Below are positions 1-11,154 of a DNA stretch of 64,000 nucleotides, one piece after another. The stretch lies in NCBI GenBank assembly GCA_963798085.1, contig CAWCRS010000007.1, positions 1,824,001 through 1,888,000 on the forward strand, in the 5' to 3' direction. Each line of letters opens with the position of its first letter. Position 1 is the stretch's first letter. The position numbers and the translations under genes are program-made. The DNA comes from an uncultured Gemmatimonadales bacterium. Its GTDB lineage: Bacteria; Gemmatimonadota; Gemmatimonadetes; Longimicrobiales; RSA9. The notes below the pieces were generated by a model that did no database searches, was not told the origin of the DNA, and worked only from the letters and a program-made list of their open reading frames with translations.

Positions 1-72
1 GACGCGTCTCGGCGTCATTCGCTCTCCCCTGCCACCCCCGCGGCAACCGCGGGCGTCGGTAACGCGTGGTTA

Positions 73-1320
73 TCAGCCCGCCAGCACGACCTTCGCGAAG
101 TGCCGCTTGCCGCGGCGCAGTACTGGCGGCGTCGCCGCATCGAGCGGCAGAAAGGCGTTGCGGTCCGTCACGCGCTCGCCGTTCACCGCAATGGCGCCTT
201 CCTCGAGCAGACGCGCGGCTTCACTGTTCGATGCCGCGAGACCGGTGGCGACGAGCAGCCCGACGATCCAGGCGCCGCGCTCCGGCTGGTAGCGCAGTGC
301 GGGATCCGCACTGTCGACACGCTTTTCCGGGACCTCGTCGGGCGCCGCGTGCTCGCGGAACAAGCGATCGAAATGCGCTTCCGCCTGCCCCGCCGCCGCC
401 TCGCCGTGATAGAGCGCAGCGAGACGTCGTGCCAGTGCTCGCTTCGCGGTGTAGGGGTCGCGTGCCACCAGTGCCAGTGCTGCCTCGCGCTCGGCTGCAC
501 TGATCGGCACTGCCAGGCGATACCACTCTTCGAGCAGCGCATCCGGAATGGACATGGTCTTGCCGAACATCTGCTCGGCCGGCTCCGTGATGCCAATGTA
601 GTTGTCGTACGACTTCGACATCTTCTGCTCGCCATCGGTCCCGCGCAGCAGTGGCATGATGAGGCAGACCTGTGGTTCCTGCCCGTAGCGTTCCTGCACG
701 GTGCGGCCGACCAGCAGATTGAACTTCTGGTCATTGCCGCCCAGCTCGACATCGGCGCGCAGCGCCACCGAGTCGTACGCCTGCATCAGCGGATACAGGA
801 ACTCGAGCAGCGAGATGGACTCTCGCTCGGCGAAGCGCTTGGCGAAGTCATCGCGCTCCAGCATGCGCGCCACCGTGTACGTTGCCGTCAGTTCGAGCAG
901 CTGGGCGAGGTCGAGTGGCGCCAGCCACTTCGAGTTGGGCTCGACGCGCGCCCGCTTCACATCGAGAATGCGACTCACCTGTTCCGTGTACGTCGCGGCA
1001 TTCGCCTCGATCTCCGCCGGTGAAAGGCGGGGGCGAGTCTCGCTGCGGCCACTGGGGTCCCCGACACGCGCCGTGTAGTCGCCCACCACGAACACGACGT
1101 CGTGACCCAGCTCCTGGAACGTACGCAGCTTGCGCATGGACACGGCGTGTCCAATGTGCAGGTCCGGGCGTGTGGGATCGAAGCCCTGCTTTATGACGAG
1201 CGGCCGCTGTTCGCGCCGGGCGCGCTCGAGCTTGCGCACCAGATCATCCTCCGGGATGATCTCGAGCGCGCCCGCCCGGATCGCATCCATTTGCTCATTG
1301 ACGCCAGCGAATTCAGGCAT
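73..1320 (-). CDS. tyrS: Tyrosine--tRNA ligase
   Basis: GFDPTRPDLHIGH (HIGH motif), KMSKS, YPLMQAYD, ELGGNDQKFN and a C-terminal S4-like segment. Confidence 0.97.
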   Translation of the reverse strand: MPEFAGVNEQMDAIRAGALEIIPEDDLVRKLERARREQRPLVIKQGFDPTRPDLHIGHAVSMRKLRTFQELGHDVVFVVGDYTARVGDPSGRSETRPRLSPAEIEANAATYTEQVSRILDVKRARVEPNSKWLAPLDLAQLLELTATYTVARMLERDDFAKRFAERESISLLEFLYPLMQAYDSVALRADVELGGNDQKFNLLVGRTVQERYGQEPQVCLIMPLLRGTDGEQKMSKSYDNYIGITEPAEQMFGKTMSIPDALLEEWYRLAVPISAAEREAALALVARDPYTAKRALARRLAALYHGEAAAGQAEAHFDRLFREHAAPDEVPEKRVDSADPALRYQPERGAWIVGLLVATGLAASNSEAARLLEEGAIAVNGERVTDRNAFLPLDAATPPVLRRGKRHFAKVVLAG

Positions 1321-1404
1321 GCCGGAAAATAGCCGGCGGCGCGGGCCCCGCGCGAGGGCCTGGCTGGCGGCGCGTTAGGGGCGGCCGGCACGCCGTCACG
1401 CGGC

Positions 1405-2304
1405 TCACTGCATGGCGACGGCCAGCCGCGCGGCGCCCCGCGCGCCGTCCACATCGGCATCAAGGACGTGCAGGAAAGGCAACTGCTCGATGGCCTCGCG
1501 CACGCGCTCGCGCAGGGCTCTGCCGGGCGCCAGCAGCCCGCCGCCCAGCGCAACCGCGACGCTGCCGCTCCACAGCCCGAGCCGCCGGACAATGGCGTTC
1601 GCATGACTCGCCAAATGATTGGCGGCGTTCGCAACAATGTCTGCCGCCGTGGCATCAAACGCGGCGGCGTCGAGCACGAACGGCGCGAGGGCGGCAATGT
1701 CTGTGCGCGCGGCATGGTCCGTCCATCCGACCAGTCCGGTCGCTTCGGCCAGCTTCAGGTGTTCGACCAGGATCGACTCGAGCAACGTCTCGCGGCCGCG
1801 CAGATCGTGTCCGCGCGCCACGGCACGCAGCGCCGCGAGGCCAATGGCGAATGCGCTCCCCTCATCACCCAGCCGCGGACCCCAGCCACCGGCTCTGGCA
1901 GTACGTCCGTCGGGCGCGCGACCCCATGCGATGGAGCCCGTCCCCGAAAGGACCACAATGCCGGCGCCGCTACCGAAGGCGTCGAACAGCGCGGCTTCGG
2001 CGTCCGTCGTCACACGCACGTGCGCTGCAGGTGCGACCTTGACGATCGCGCGCTCGACCGCCAGCCGTTCCGTTTCCCGGCCCACGCCGGTCAGCGCGCA
2101 GCAGAGCGCGGCGGCGCTGTCGCTGCCGCTGCCGGCGAGCGCTGAACGCACGAGTGCACTCGCGGTGTCCGCCACACTCCGGGCATCGGCCTCACGAATG
2201 AGTGCGATCTCGCCTTCCGCGCGCGCCAGGGTGTGTCCGTCCTGATCCACCACCAGTGCTCTCGCCCGCGTCGCCCCGCCGTCCACTCCAACAAAAACCG
2301 CCAT
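1405..2304 (-). CDS. BadF/BadG/BcrA/BcrD-family ATPase; probable N-acetylglucosamine/N-acetylmuramic acid kinase
   Basis: GVDGGAT, GTGS and GGWG..GDEGS motifs; lies in an amino-sugar locus. Confidence 0.85.
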   Translation of the reverse strand: MAVFVGVDGGATRARALVVDQDGHTLARAEGEIALIREADARSVADTASALVRSALAGSGSDSAAALCCALTGVGRETERLAVERAIVKVAPAAHVRVTTDAEAALFDAFGSGAGIVVLSGTGSIAWGRAPDGRTARAGGWGPRLGDEGSAFAIGLAALRAVARGHDLRGRETLLESILVEHLKLAEATGLVGWTDHAARTDIAALAPFVLDAAAFDATAADIVANAANHLASHANAIVRRLGLWSGSVAVALGGGLLAPGRALRERVREAIEQLPFLHVLDADVDGARGAARLAVAMQ

Positions 2305-2330
2305 GTTCGCCTCCAGCGAACGCCCGGAAA

Positions 2331-3800
2331 TCAGACGACTGCCGCTGCGCCCTTACGCATTCCTGCCGAAATCGATCCCGTCACGATCGTGATCACCGAA
2401 CCCAGCAGCGAGAACCAGAGCGTGTCGATGCGTTTGGGCATGGCGCCGAATTGCTGCGCGGCCCAGATCACGCCCATGACGAGCAGGGCAACGACCATGC
2501 CGAGAAGCGCGTCGCGCTGTGCGGCTCGCCTGGACAGCACGCCCAGCAGGAAGCCGCCCAGCAGACCACCGTATGTGAAGGATGCGATCTGCAGCGCAAT
2601 GACCACCACGGGTGTTCCCTGCCTGAGCAGCTGGAATCCCAGCGCACCACCGACCAGCACGACGGCCCAGAGCAGCGTGAGCCGGCGTCCCAGGCGCAGC
2701 ATGTACGCGTCATCACCCGTGCGTCCCGTCAGCGGACCCCATACATCATTGGCGAGCGCACTGGAGAGTGAGTTCAACGAGGAGGAAACGGTCGACATCA
2801 TGGCCGCGAGAATGCCAGCGAGCACGAGGCCGGACAGACCCGCAGGCAGGCCTTCGAGCAGGAAGCGCGGAAAGATCTCGTCGGGCGTCGTGAAGGCGAG
2901 GCCGTGGTAGTACGCGAACAGTGCAACGCCCACGAGCAGGAAGAGTGTGAACTGTACGATGATGACGATGCTGCTGCCGTTCAGCGCCCGTCGTGCCTCA
3001 CGCTCCGAACGCGCTGCCAGCAGTCGCTGCACGATCAGGTGATCCACGCCATGCGACGCCATGGACAGGAAAGCACCGCCCAGCAGGCCGGTGAGCAGCC
3101 AGCGCGCATCCGCAAAACCGCCTGTCAGGTGGAATACACGCAGCTTGTGGTCCGCGGCGGCGGCGGCACTGATGCCGGCCCAGCCGCCCGGCACACGCTG
3201 CAGCAGCACGATCAGCGCGCAGCAGCCGCTCAGCAGGTAGACGAACATCTGTACCACGTCCACCCACACGACCGCCCGCAGTCCACCAACCCAGGTGTAC
3301 GCCACCGTGACCGCGCCGGCGAGGAGTATGGCTTCCCAGTAGGGAATGCCGGTCACCAGGTGTATCGGAACCGCTGCCGCGAACATGCGCACACTGTCCG
3401 CCAGCGCACGCGTAACCATGAAGATAATGGAAGCAAAACGCCGCGTTAGTGCGCCGAAGCGTTCCTCGAGAAACGCATACGCCGTCACCAGCTCGCCGCG
3501 GAAATAGCGCGGCAGCAGCAGCACGCCCACGGCGAAGCGGCCAATGAGGTAGCCGAAGGCGAGCTGCAGGAACCAGAGGTCGCCCAGGTAGGCGGTGGCG
3601 GGCAGGCTGATGATCGTCAGTGCGCTGGTCTCCGTGGCGACGACCGAGAAGCAGATGGCCCACCAGGGCAGGCCTCGCCCGCCGAGGAAGTAGTCGCGGG
3701 CCGTGCGCTGGCGCCCGCCCAGCAGCACGCCCAAGGCGGTCACCAGTACCAGGTAGGCGACGATGACGCCGATATCGACGGCGCGGATCTGCCCGCTCAT
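2331..3800 (-). CDS. Sodium:solute symporter family transporter, probably for amino sugars
   Basis: Polytopic membrane protein with DYFLGGR, SVVATETS, YTWVGGLRAVVWVDVVQ and AAMMSTVSSSLNS; start overlaps the nagB stop. Confidence 0.92.
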   Translation of the reverse strand: MSGQIRAVDIGVIVAYLVLVTALGVLLGGRQRTARDYFLGGRGLPWWAICFSVVATETSALTIISLPATAYLGDLWFLQLAFGYLIGRFAVGVLLLPRYFRGELVTAYAFLEERFGALTRRFASIIFMVTRALADSVRMFAAAVPIHLVTGIPYWEAILLAGAVTVAYTWVGGLRAVVWVDVVQMFVYLLSGCCALIVLLQRVPGGWAGISAAAAADHKLRVFHLTGGFADARWLLTGLLGGAFLSMASHGVDHLIVQRLLAARSEREARRALNGSSIVIIVQFTLFLLVGVALFAYYHGLAFTTPDEIFPRFLLEGLPAGLSGLVLAGILAAMMSTVSSSLNSLSSALANDVWGPLTGRTGDDAYMLRLGRRLTLLWAVVLVGGALGFQLLRQGTPVVVIALQIASFTYGGLLGGFLLGVLSRRAAQRDALLGMVVALLVMGVIWAAQQFGAMPKRIDTLWFSLLGSVITIVTGSISAGMRKGAAAVV

Positions 3801-5714
3801 GCGCCCGCGGCGCCCGGCTCCACTCGCCGCGCGCCATCACCCGCGGTGCGCGCACGCTGCACGACAAACGCCTCGAGCGCGTGAAACTCGGGCAGCCCGA
3901 GCCGGTCCACGGCCGCTGCCGTGCCGCGGTTCCTCGCCTCCACGCGCTGCCAGAACTCGCGTTCGTCCCAGGCGCCCGGGAATGGCGCGGTATCCTTCTG
4001 CGACTGATGCTTGAAGATCGCGAGGATCTTGCGACGCACTCTTCACGCGACAGCGGTACCAGCACGCTTGCCTCGTGCACCGGCCACTCCTGCCAGGCGC
4101 CGCGGTACAGCCAGACCGACGGCGCGGCCCCGCCGTAGCGCGCGAGCGCGTGCTCGATGGCCTGCTTGCACTGGCGGTGCGTCCCGTGCGGGTCCGACAG
4201 GTCGCCCGCTACAAACACCACGTCAGGACGAACCTCCTCGAGCAGGGCCCGCACCAGGCTGACGTCTGCTTCGCCAACCGGATCCTTGCGTACCTTGCCC
4301 GTCTGGTAGAATGGCAGGTTGAGGAAGCGGCAGGCGGAGCGCGGCAGCCCCAGTGACTCGACGGCGCTGACTGCCTCGGCTTCGCGGATCTCGCGCTTGA
4401 GGTCCTGCACCTCAGGAATGTCGACATCACCCGGTTCCTTGCCGGCCAGAGCCGCTTCAATGCGATCCACCAGATCCGTCAGGCGGCCACCGCCCGAGCA
4501 CGTCACGATCCCGGCTGAAGCGCTCCATCAGGTCGAGGTAGCGGCGCACCTCGTGATCGAACACCGCAATGTTGCCGGAGGTCATGTACGCAACAACAAT
4601 GGCGTTGCCGACGTCGTGCAGCTTGCGCAGCGTTCCACCCATGCTGATCACGTCATCGTCGGGATGCGGGCTGAACACGATAATGCGGCGGCCGCGCGGC
4701 AGCGCCGGCGCATCCGCAATGCGCGCGGCGAGTCGGTCAAACACCCACTGGTTCAGCGCATCGGCACTGGGGTGACGCGACAGCAGGGCGCTGAGGTGAT
4801 GCTCGCGATAGTCCGTGGCGGTCAGCTTGAGAATGGCCGTCTGCGTTTCGGCGGACAGCCATATAACAGCCTGTTCGCTGAGCCCCGGCGACCATTCGAC
4901 ATCGGCGATCAGCCAGGGTGTCCTCACGCGCGTCAGCTCGCCCGCGGCGGCGCCATCCACCCAGAATGCCGCGTTGGCGTGCGCCTGCAGGTACGTGGCC
5001 GCCACCTCGTGCGACACATCGCCTTCCGCGCTGCGGCGGATGATGTCGGCCTTGTGCTCGCCCGTCGCGATGAGCGCAATTTCCCGTGCCTCCAGGATGC
5101 TGCCCACGCCCATCGTGATGGCCTCGCGCGGCACGTTCTCTTCGCCGAAGAAATCGGCAGCCGCGTCCTTGCGCGTGATGGTGTCCAGAGTGCACCAGAC
5201 GGGTGCGTGATGTGCGCGAGGAGCCCGGTTCGTTGAAGCCGATGTGTCCGGTCTTGCCGATGCCGAGAATCTGGAAGTCGATGCCGCCGGCCTCGTGGAT
5301 GGCGGCTTCGTATGCCTGGCAGTACGACTCGATCTGCGCGCGCGGCAGGTCGCCGCGCGGCATGTGCACGTGTTCTGCGGGGATGTCGATTGCGGCGAAC
5401 AGGTTTTCGCGCATGTAGCGCTGGAAGCTGTGGATGCTGCCCGGCGACATTGGGTAGTACTCGTCCAGGTTGAACGTGACCACGCTGGCGAAGGAGAGGC
5501 CTTCTTCGCGATGCATGCGGATCAGCTCGCGATAGATGCCGATGGGCGTCGAGCCCGTCGCCAGACCGAGCACGGCGGTGCGACCCGAAGCCGCGCGCTC
5601 CCGTATCAGCGCCTCGATACGCCTCGCCAGCAGCCGTGCCAGCGCATCGGTGTCATTGACGATGTGGACCGGAATCCGCTCCAGTCTCTGCGCCATGCCA
5701 TGGGGTTCATTCAT
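3797..5714 (-). CDS. nagB: Glucosamine-6-phosphate deaminase with C-terminal PIG-L/LmbE-like domain (three apparent frameshifts near 5190, 4495 and 4040)
   Basis: LGLATGSTP, TFNLDEYY and LGIGKTGHIGFNEPGS (C-terminal part of ORF 4737..9125); AITMGVGSI and VFSPHPDDDVISMGG (4457..5134); DPHGTH and LYRGAWQEW (2998..4506); IFKHQSQKD (3797..4039). Start is ATG 5714 or 5696. Confidence 0.9.
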
Positions 5715-8700
5715 CGGCGGCTGACGGGCTGATCGTGAATCGCGAGCTGAACCGCATTCCGCCAGTGCACGCCGCAGCGGCGCTATCAGCGGGTTATCAC
5801 GCGACGGATCCACGCGGTTCGTGAGCAGCACGAGAAACACGTCGCGCTCCGGATCGATCCAGAGACTCGTGCCCGTGAATCCGGTGTGGCCGAACGAGCG
5901 GCTGGAGAACCAGTCGCCGGCGGACGAGTTCGCGGATGGCGTGTCCCAGCCGAGCGCGCGACTCGACGCATCCGACGCGCGCTGCGTGAAGCGGCGCAGC
6001 GTACGCTCCTGCACCAGACGCACGCCACTCAGCGCGCCGCCATCGAGCAGCAGCTGCGCGAAGCCCGCCATATCGCGCGCCGAAGAGAAGAGACCCGCGT
6101 GGCCCGAGACGCCACCCATGGCAAAGCCGTTCTCGTCGTGTACGCGACCGTGCACGTGTGTCATGCGGAACACGGTATCGACTTCCGTCGGCGCGATGCG
6201 ACCGGTCAGGTCTTCCGCTGCCCTGCCATCGTGCATCGGGCTCGCCGGGTCCAGTGGGTTGAAGCCGGTTTCGCGCAACCCGAGTGGCGCCGCAATGCGC
6301 TGCTGGAAGAAGTCGTCCAGCGGTTCACCACTGATGCGCTCGACCAGGAAGCCCAGCAGCATTCCGCCCAGATCGCTGTAGACGGTCTTCGTGCCAGGCG
6401 GGTACTCGAGCGGTGTCGCGGCCACGCGCGCCAGGTACGCGTCCTTGCCGCGGGTATCCTTCCAGAGCGGTTCCCACGCCGGCAGCCCCGCGTCGTGCAG
6501 CAGAAGCTGACGCACGGTTACCGCGTTCTTCGCGGCGTCACCCTGCCATTCCGGTAGATAGCGCGCCACCGGTGCGTCCACGTCGAGCTTCTGTTGATCC
6601 ACCAGCATCATGATGGCGGTGGTGGTGGCTATTACCTTGGTGAGCGAGGCGAGATCATAAAGGGTCGAGTCGGTGACCCTGGCCGAGCCTGCTGCGCCAT
6701 CGACCTGCCCGTACCCGCGCAGCAGCACGAGTCTGCCATGCCTGCCGATGGCCACCGCGGCCCCGGGCGAGGCGCCTGCGCGCAAGGCCGCGCCGACGAG
6801 GCTGTCGACGCGCGCCTCCAGCCCCGCATCCATGCCTGCCGCAGCCGGCGCAGAACGTGGAAGTGCATCGTCGCCTGGAACATGAAGCATGCCGCTGGGG
6901 GAACCAGGCAACGCACCGGCCGCAAACGTGTGGCGTGCAGTGCCGCCCGCACCATGCAGCGTGTCGCGCGCACTCGCGGCCATTGTGATGCCCTCGCCCA
7001 GTGCGTGCCACGGCGGGATCGGGATGGGCAAACGTCCTGTTATGGGCGCGACTCCCGCCATGGCGCGAGCCGCGGCTTCCTGCGGGCCGGACCACTGTCC
7101 CCACGCCAGCAGGTATGTGCTGATGTCCGGGAACTGATTCAGCAGGTAGGGGCTGCCGAAGGACACCACGATCAATGGCTTTTCCCGCGCCAGCTCGCGC
7201 ACCAGCGCTGCCACCGGATCGGCGATGGAGAGGTCGCCACGGTAGGCGCCCACGCGTACGAAGGGCGCGAACACCACGACATCCGCATCAGTGGCACGCG
7301 TACGCAGGCTGTCCAGCTGTTCGGCGCTCACGGCCGCATCGATCACCGCGGTCGCGAGCGTACTCTCCGCGGGCGCCAGCGTCGCGTGGAATACGCGTCC
7401 GGCCATGACATTGATGTCATCGTGATAGACGATGCTGAGCACGTGCCGGCCGCGCACAGGCAGCAGAGCCTGGCGATCGCGCACCAGTGTGATGGCGCGC
7501 TCCGCTGCTTCCCTGGCAATGGCCACGTGCTCCGGCGTTGCCACGCGGAATGCGATGCTGTCCAGGTCCACGATGCGCTGGTGCTGCAGCCCCAGCCTTG
7601 CCTTGGCGCCCAGCACGCGGCGCACGGACTGGTCGATGCGCGCCTCCGTGATGCGTCCCTGTCGCACTGCGGCCACCACGGCGTCAATGGCGGAAGCGAC
7701 GTCGTCGGGCGGGATCTGCAGCAGCAGGTCGGCGCCGGCTTGCAGGGCGAGCACGGGCGCTTCGGTTGCGCCCCAGCCCTTCACAATGGCGCCCATATCG
7801 AGAGCATCCGTGATCACGATGCCATCGAAGTGCAGCGAGTCGCGCAGCAGTCCGGTGAGCAGGGCCGGATTCAACGTGGCGGGTGTGGTGTTGCCGGCCA
7901 GTGCGGGAAACGCAATGTGTGCGCTCATGATCCCGCTGACGCCCGCCCGGATGGCCGCGCGGTAGGGCGGCAGCTCGACCGTGTCCGCGCGGGCCGGCGT
8001 GACCGTGATAACAGGCAGTTCGATGTGGGAATCGGTACCCGTGTCGCCATGGCCGGGGAAATGCTTTGCGGTGGCCAGCATGCCGTTGTCCTGCAGGCCG
8101 TGGATCATGGCCGCAGCCATGCGCGAGACCAGGGCGGGGTCGGCGCCGAAGCTGCGGGTATTGATGATCGGGTTCGCGGGATTGTTGTTGACGTCGACGA
8201 CGGGTGCGAAGTCCATGTGCACGCCGATGGCGCGGCCTTCTTCCGCCGTGATGCGCCCCAGCTCTCCGGCGAGCCGCGTGTCGCCCGTCGCGCCCAGGCC
8301 CATGGCCGGCGGGAAGCGCACGCCGCCGCCGTTCTCCAGGCCGTACGGCAGCACGACGCCGCCGTTGAGCAGCTGGCCCGGCCCATCCTCCATGTCGGCC
8401 GTGATCAGCAGCGGTATGTCGGCCAGGCGCTGCAACCGGTTCAGCTTGGCTGCCGCTTCCATGGGCGGGCCGAGCGTTTCGATGAGGCCGCCCACGCCCA
8501 GCTGCTGCACCCACATCCTGACGCGCGCGTCTTCACGGCTGCCGGCTGGCAGGAAGGCGCCGCTCACGCGCGGCACCACCAGCTGCGCTACCTTGTGCGG
8601 CAGATCGAGGCGGGCCAGTGTTCGCTCGACCCAGGCCGCATCGGCGGGCGCGAGCATGTCCGTCGCGGGCGAGACCCCGGCAGGCGAGCGCCGCGGCGCA

Positions 8701-8795
8701 CAGCCGGCCACCACCAGCGTGGCCGCGAGCAGCGCGGAAAGGGCGGACGCGCCCGGCGCTGACGCGCCACCCTGCGTGCGGCGCACGTCGCTCAT
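5711..8795 (-). CDS. Lipoprotein: GH3 beta-N-acetylglucosaminidase (NagZ-like) fused to a beta-lactamase-family serine hydrolase (frameshift near 5757)
   Basis: Lipobox VAGC; GH3 motifs KHFPGHGDTGTDSH and ITDALDMGA; SxxK motif LASLTKV, YSD and GHTGFTG. Removing one extra A near 5757 gives a TGA at 5713-5711 that overlaps the nagB ATG. Confidence 0.9.
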
Positions 8796-8807
8796 GGTCG
8801 CAGTCGA

Positions 8808-10097
8808 ATGAGGAGGTTCGTGCCGTCGCGCGAAGCTATCCGGGCCTGCAGGCGCTGGCAATGCGTCGCGTTCGTGCTGGCGCTCGCGGGCTGTCGCATC
8901 GAGAAGAATCCGCCGCGCGTCGAGCCGGCGCGCAACACCGCCGATGCACCGGTCGTGCTGCCCGGCGTGGACGTGCTGCTGCGCGACAGCCTCGCCCTGC
9001 TGCGCGGCCGGCGCGTGGGCCTGATCACCAACCAGACCGGGATCACGATCAGTGGCATCAGCACGATTGATGCCCTGGCGCACGCACGCGGTGTGATGCT
9101 GACAGCGCTGTTCAGTCCCGAACACGGCATTCGCGGACAGGCAGCCCCCGGTGAACGTGTGGCGGAAAGTGTCGATCCGGCCACCGGCCTTCCCATTCGT
9201 TCCCTCTATGGTGCAACCAGCAAACCGTCACCCGCCATGCTGCGCGACATCGACGTGCTCGTCTTCGACATTCAGGATGTGGGCGCGCGCTACTACACGT
9301 ATGCCTGGACCATGGCGCTGGCGTTGCAGGCGGCGGCGGAACAGCACAAACGCTTCGTCGTGCTCGACCGGCCCGACCCCATTGGTGGCGCCGTCATCAA
9401 TGGCAATGTGCTGGACAGCGCATTCGCATCCTTTGTCGGGTTGTACCCCGTGCCCATGCGCTATGGCATGACCGTGGGCGAGCTCGCCCGCATGATCAGC
9501 GCGACACTTCCCTCGCCTGCCGACCTGCACGTGATACCGCTGCAGGGCTGGCGCCGCGATCAGTGGTTCGACCAGACCGGCCTGCTGTGGGTACAGCCAT
9601 CGCCTAACATGCCGAGCATCGAGAGCGCGGCATCCTATCCCGGCACCTGCCTGTTCGAGGGTACGAATCTCTCCGTGGGCCGCGGCACCGCGCTCGCCTT
9701 CCAGCAGCTGGGGGCGCCGTGGCTCGATGCAGCAGCGCTCGTGCGACGACTTGCTTCCCGTCACCTGCCGGGTGTCCGGTTCGATTCCGTCACGTTCACG
9801 CCGCACGCGCCGTCCGATGGCAAGTACGATGGTGTTGCCGTACGCGGCATCCGCTTCGTCGTGACGGACCGCGGCTCCTACGATCCGGCGCACAGCGCGC
9901 TCGCGGTTCTGCTCGATGTGCGTACACTCCAGCCCGACTCTGTTGCGTTCAACAATGCGTTCGATCACCTGGCCGGGACGGACCGGCTGCGCGTTGCGAT
10001 CCTCGCGAACCAGCCTCTCGACGCAATTACGCGCGACTGGAACGCGCAACTGGCGCGTTTTCGCGCGCGCCGCGAACGCTTCCTCATTTATCGGTGA
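8808..10097 (+). CDS. Exo-beta-N-acetylmuramidase NamZ family (DUF1343) lipoprotein
   Basis: Lipobox LAGC; GLITNQTG, LFSPEHG, FDIQDVGARYYTY, LDRPDP, PSPNMP and EGTNLSVGRGT. Confidence 0.92.
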   Translation: MRRFVPSREAIRACRRWQCVAFVLALAGCRIEKNPPRVEPARNTADAPVVLPGVDVLLRDSLALLRGRRVGLITNQTGITISGISTIDALAHARGVMLTALFSPEHGIRGQAAPGERVAESVDPATGLPIRSLYGATSKPSPAMLRDIDVLVFDIQDVGARYYTYAWTMALALQAAAEQHKRFVVLDRPDPIGGAVINGNVLDSAFASFVGLYPVPMRYGMTVGELARMISATLPSPADLHVIPLQGWRRDQWFDQTGLLWVQPSPNMPSIESAASYPGTCLFEGTNLSVGRGTALAFQQLGAPWLDAAALVRRLASRHLPGVRFDSVTFTPHAPSDGKYDGVAVRGIRFVVTDRGSYDPAHSALAVLLDVRTLQPDSVAFNNAFDHLAGTDRLRVAILANQPLDAITRDWNAQLARFRARRERFLIYR

Positions 10098-10099
10098 TC

Positions 10100-11069
10100 A
10101 TGCACGCACGACGCCGCACCCGCCTGCGATCCATGTCGCCATGCCCGTGTGCCGCAATCCTGATCGCGGGTGTGCTGCTCGCGGCATGTGGTCCGGCCGC
10201 ACCGCGCACGCGCGCACAGGCAGCGAACGACGATGCCCTGGCGAATCTGCGCGCCCGCCTGGAAGCACGCATCGCGCAAACGCCCGGCGGCGAGGTGGCA
10301 GTGGCGGTGGTGGACCTGGCGACCGGCCACCGCATCGATATTGCCGGCGACAGCGTGATGCACGCCGCCAGCACCATGAAGGTGCCGGTGCTGTACGAGC
10401 TGTTCCATCAGGTCGAAGCGGGCCGTCTCTCGCTGGACGATTCCCTGCCCGTGCAGAACCGCTTCCGCAGCCTGGTCGGCGACACGATCTATACGTTGTC
10501 CGTCGATGACGACAGCGACAGCACGTTGTACAGGCGTGTCGGCACGCGCGCCAGCATACGCGAGCTGGCCCGTCTCATGATCGTGCGCTCCTCGAATTTC
10601 GCGACCAACCTGCTCATCGACCGTGTCGGCGCTGCCAGTGTGCGCGCCACCATGGACAGTCTGGGCGCCGGCAGCATGCGCGTACTGCGCGGCGTGGAGG
10701 ATGGCCCCGCGTTCCGCAAAGGCATGAACAACACCACCACCGCGAATGCGTTCGCCACTCTGCTCGAAGCCATTGCGCGCTGCCGCGGCCTGCAGCGCAC
10801 CTCCTGCGATGCCATGATCGACATTCTGTCCGCACAGGAGTTCAACGAGAATGATTCCCGCCGGCATTCCACCCGGCACCCGCATCGCCCACAAGACCGG
10901 CTGGATCACCGCCGCCCGCCATGACGGCGCCATCGTGTTCCCGGCCAACCGCGCGCCCTACGTGCTGGTCATCCTGACGCGCGGCTGGCAGGACACCGCC
11001 GTCCCCATCGGCCTCGCCGCCGACCTGTCCCGCCTCGCCTGGGGCGCCCTGGGGGGCGGAGGTTCGTGA
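10100..11069 (+). CDS. Class A beta-lactamase-like serine hydrolase, lipoprotein (frameshift near 10850)
   Basis: Lipobox LAAC; AASTMK (SxxK), SSN (SxN); AHKTG continues in ORF 10851..11069. Confidence 0.85.
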
Positions 11070-11105
11070 GGGGTTGGATACGAGGATACTGTGGGCGGAG
11101 CGGGA

Positions 11106-11154
11106 ACAACAGACGACGGATGACACGCAACGGATAACAGACAACGGATAACAG
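11106..11154. repeat. Seven degenerate tandem heptamers, consensus A(C/T)AAC(A/G)G
   Basis: acaacag/acgacgg/atgacac/gcaacgg/ataacag/acaacgg/ataacag read directly in the intergenic region. Confidence 0.8.

Noticed and set aside
1321..1404. T-box leader upstream of tyrS
   Set aside because: The gap is only 84 bp, with no T-box consensus or terminator.
4737..9125. 1462-aa ORF suggesting a GH3 + beta-lactamase + NagB triple fusion
   Set aside because: One extra A near 5757 joins two genes. Correcting it restores ADAVQLAI..* with a TGA overlapping the nagB ATG. The N-terminal 110 aa are antisense to the NamZ-like gene.
10100..11069. Beta-lactamase-like genes as antibiotic-resistance determinants (also 41087..42509)
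   Set aside because: Only fold-level motifs are seen. The context suggests peptidoglycan or peptide hydrolases, and resistance cannot be claimed from sequence.
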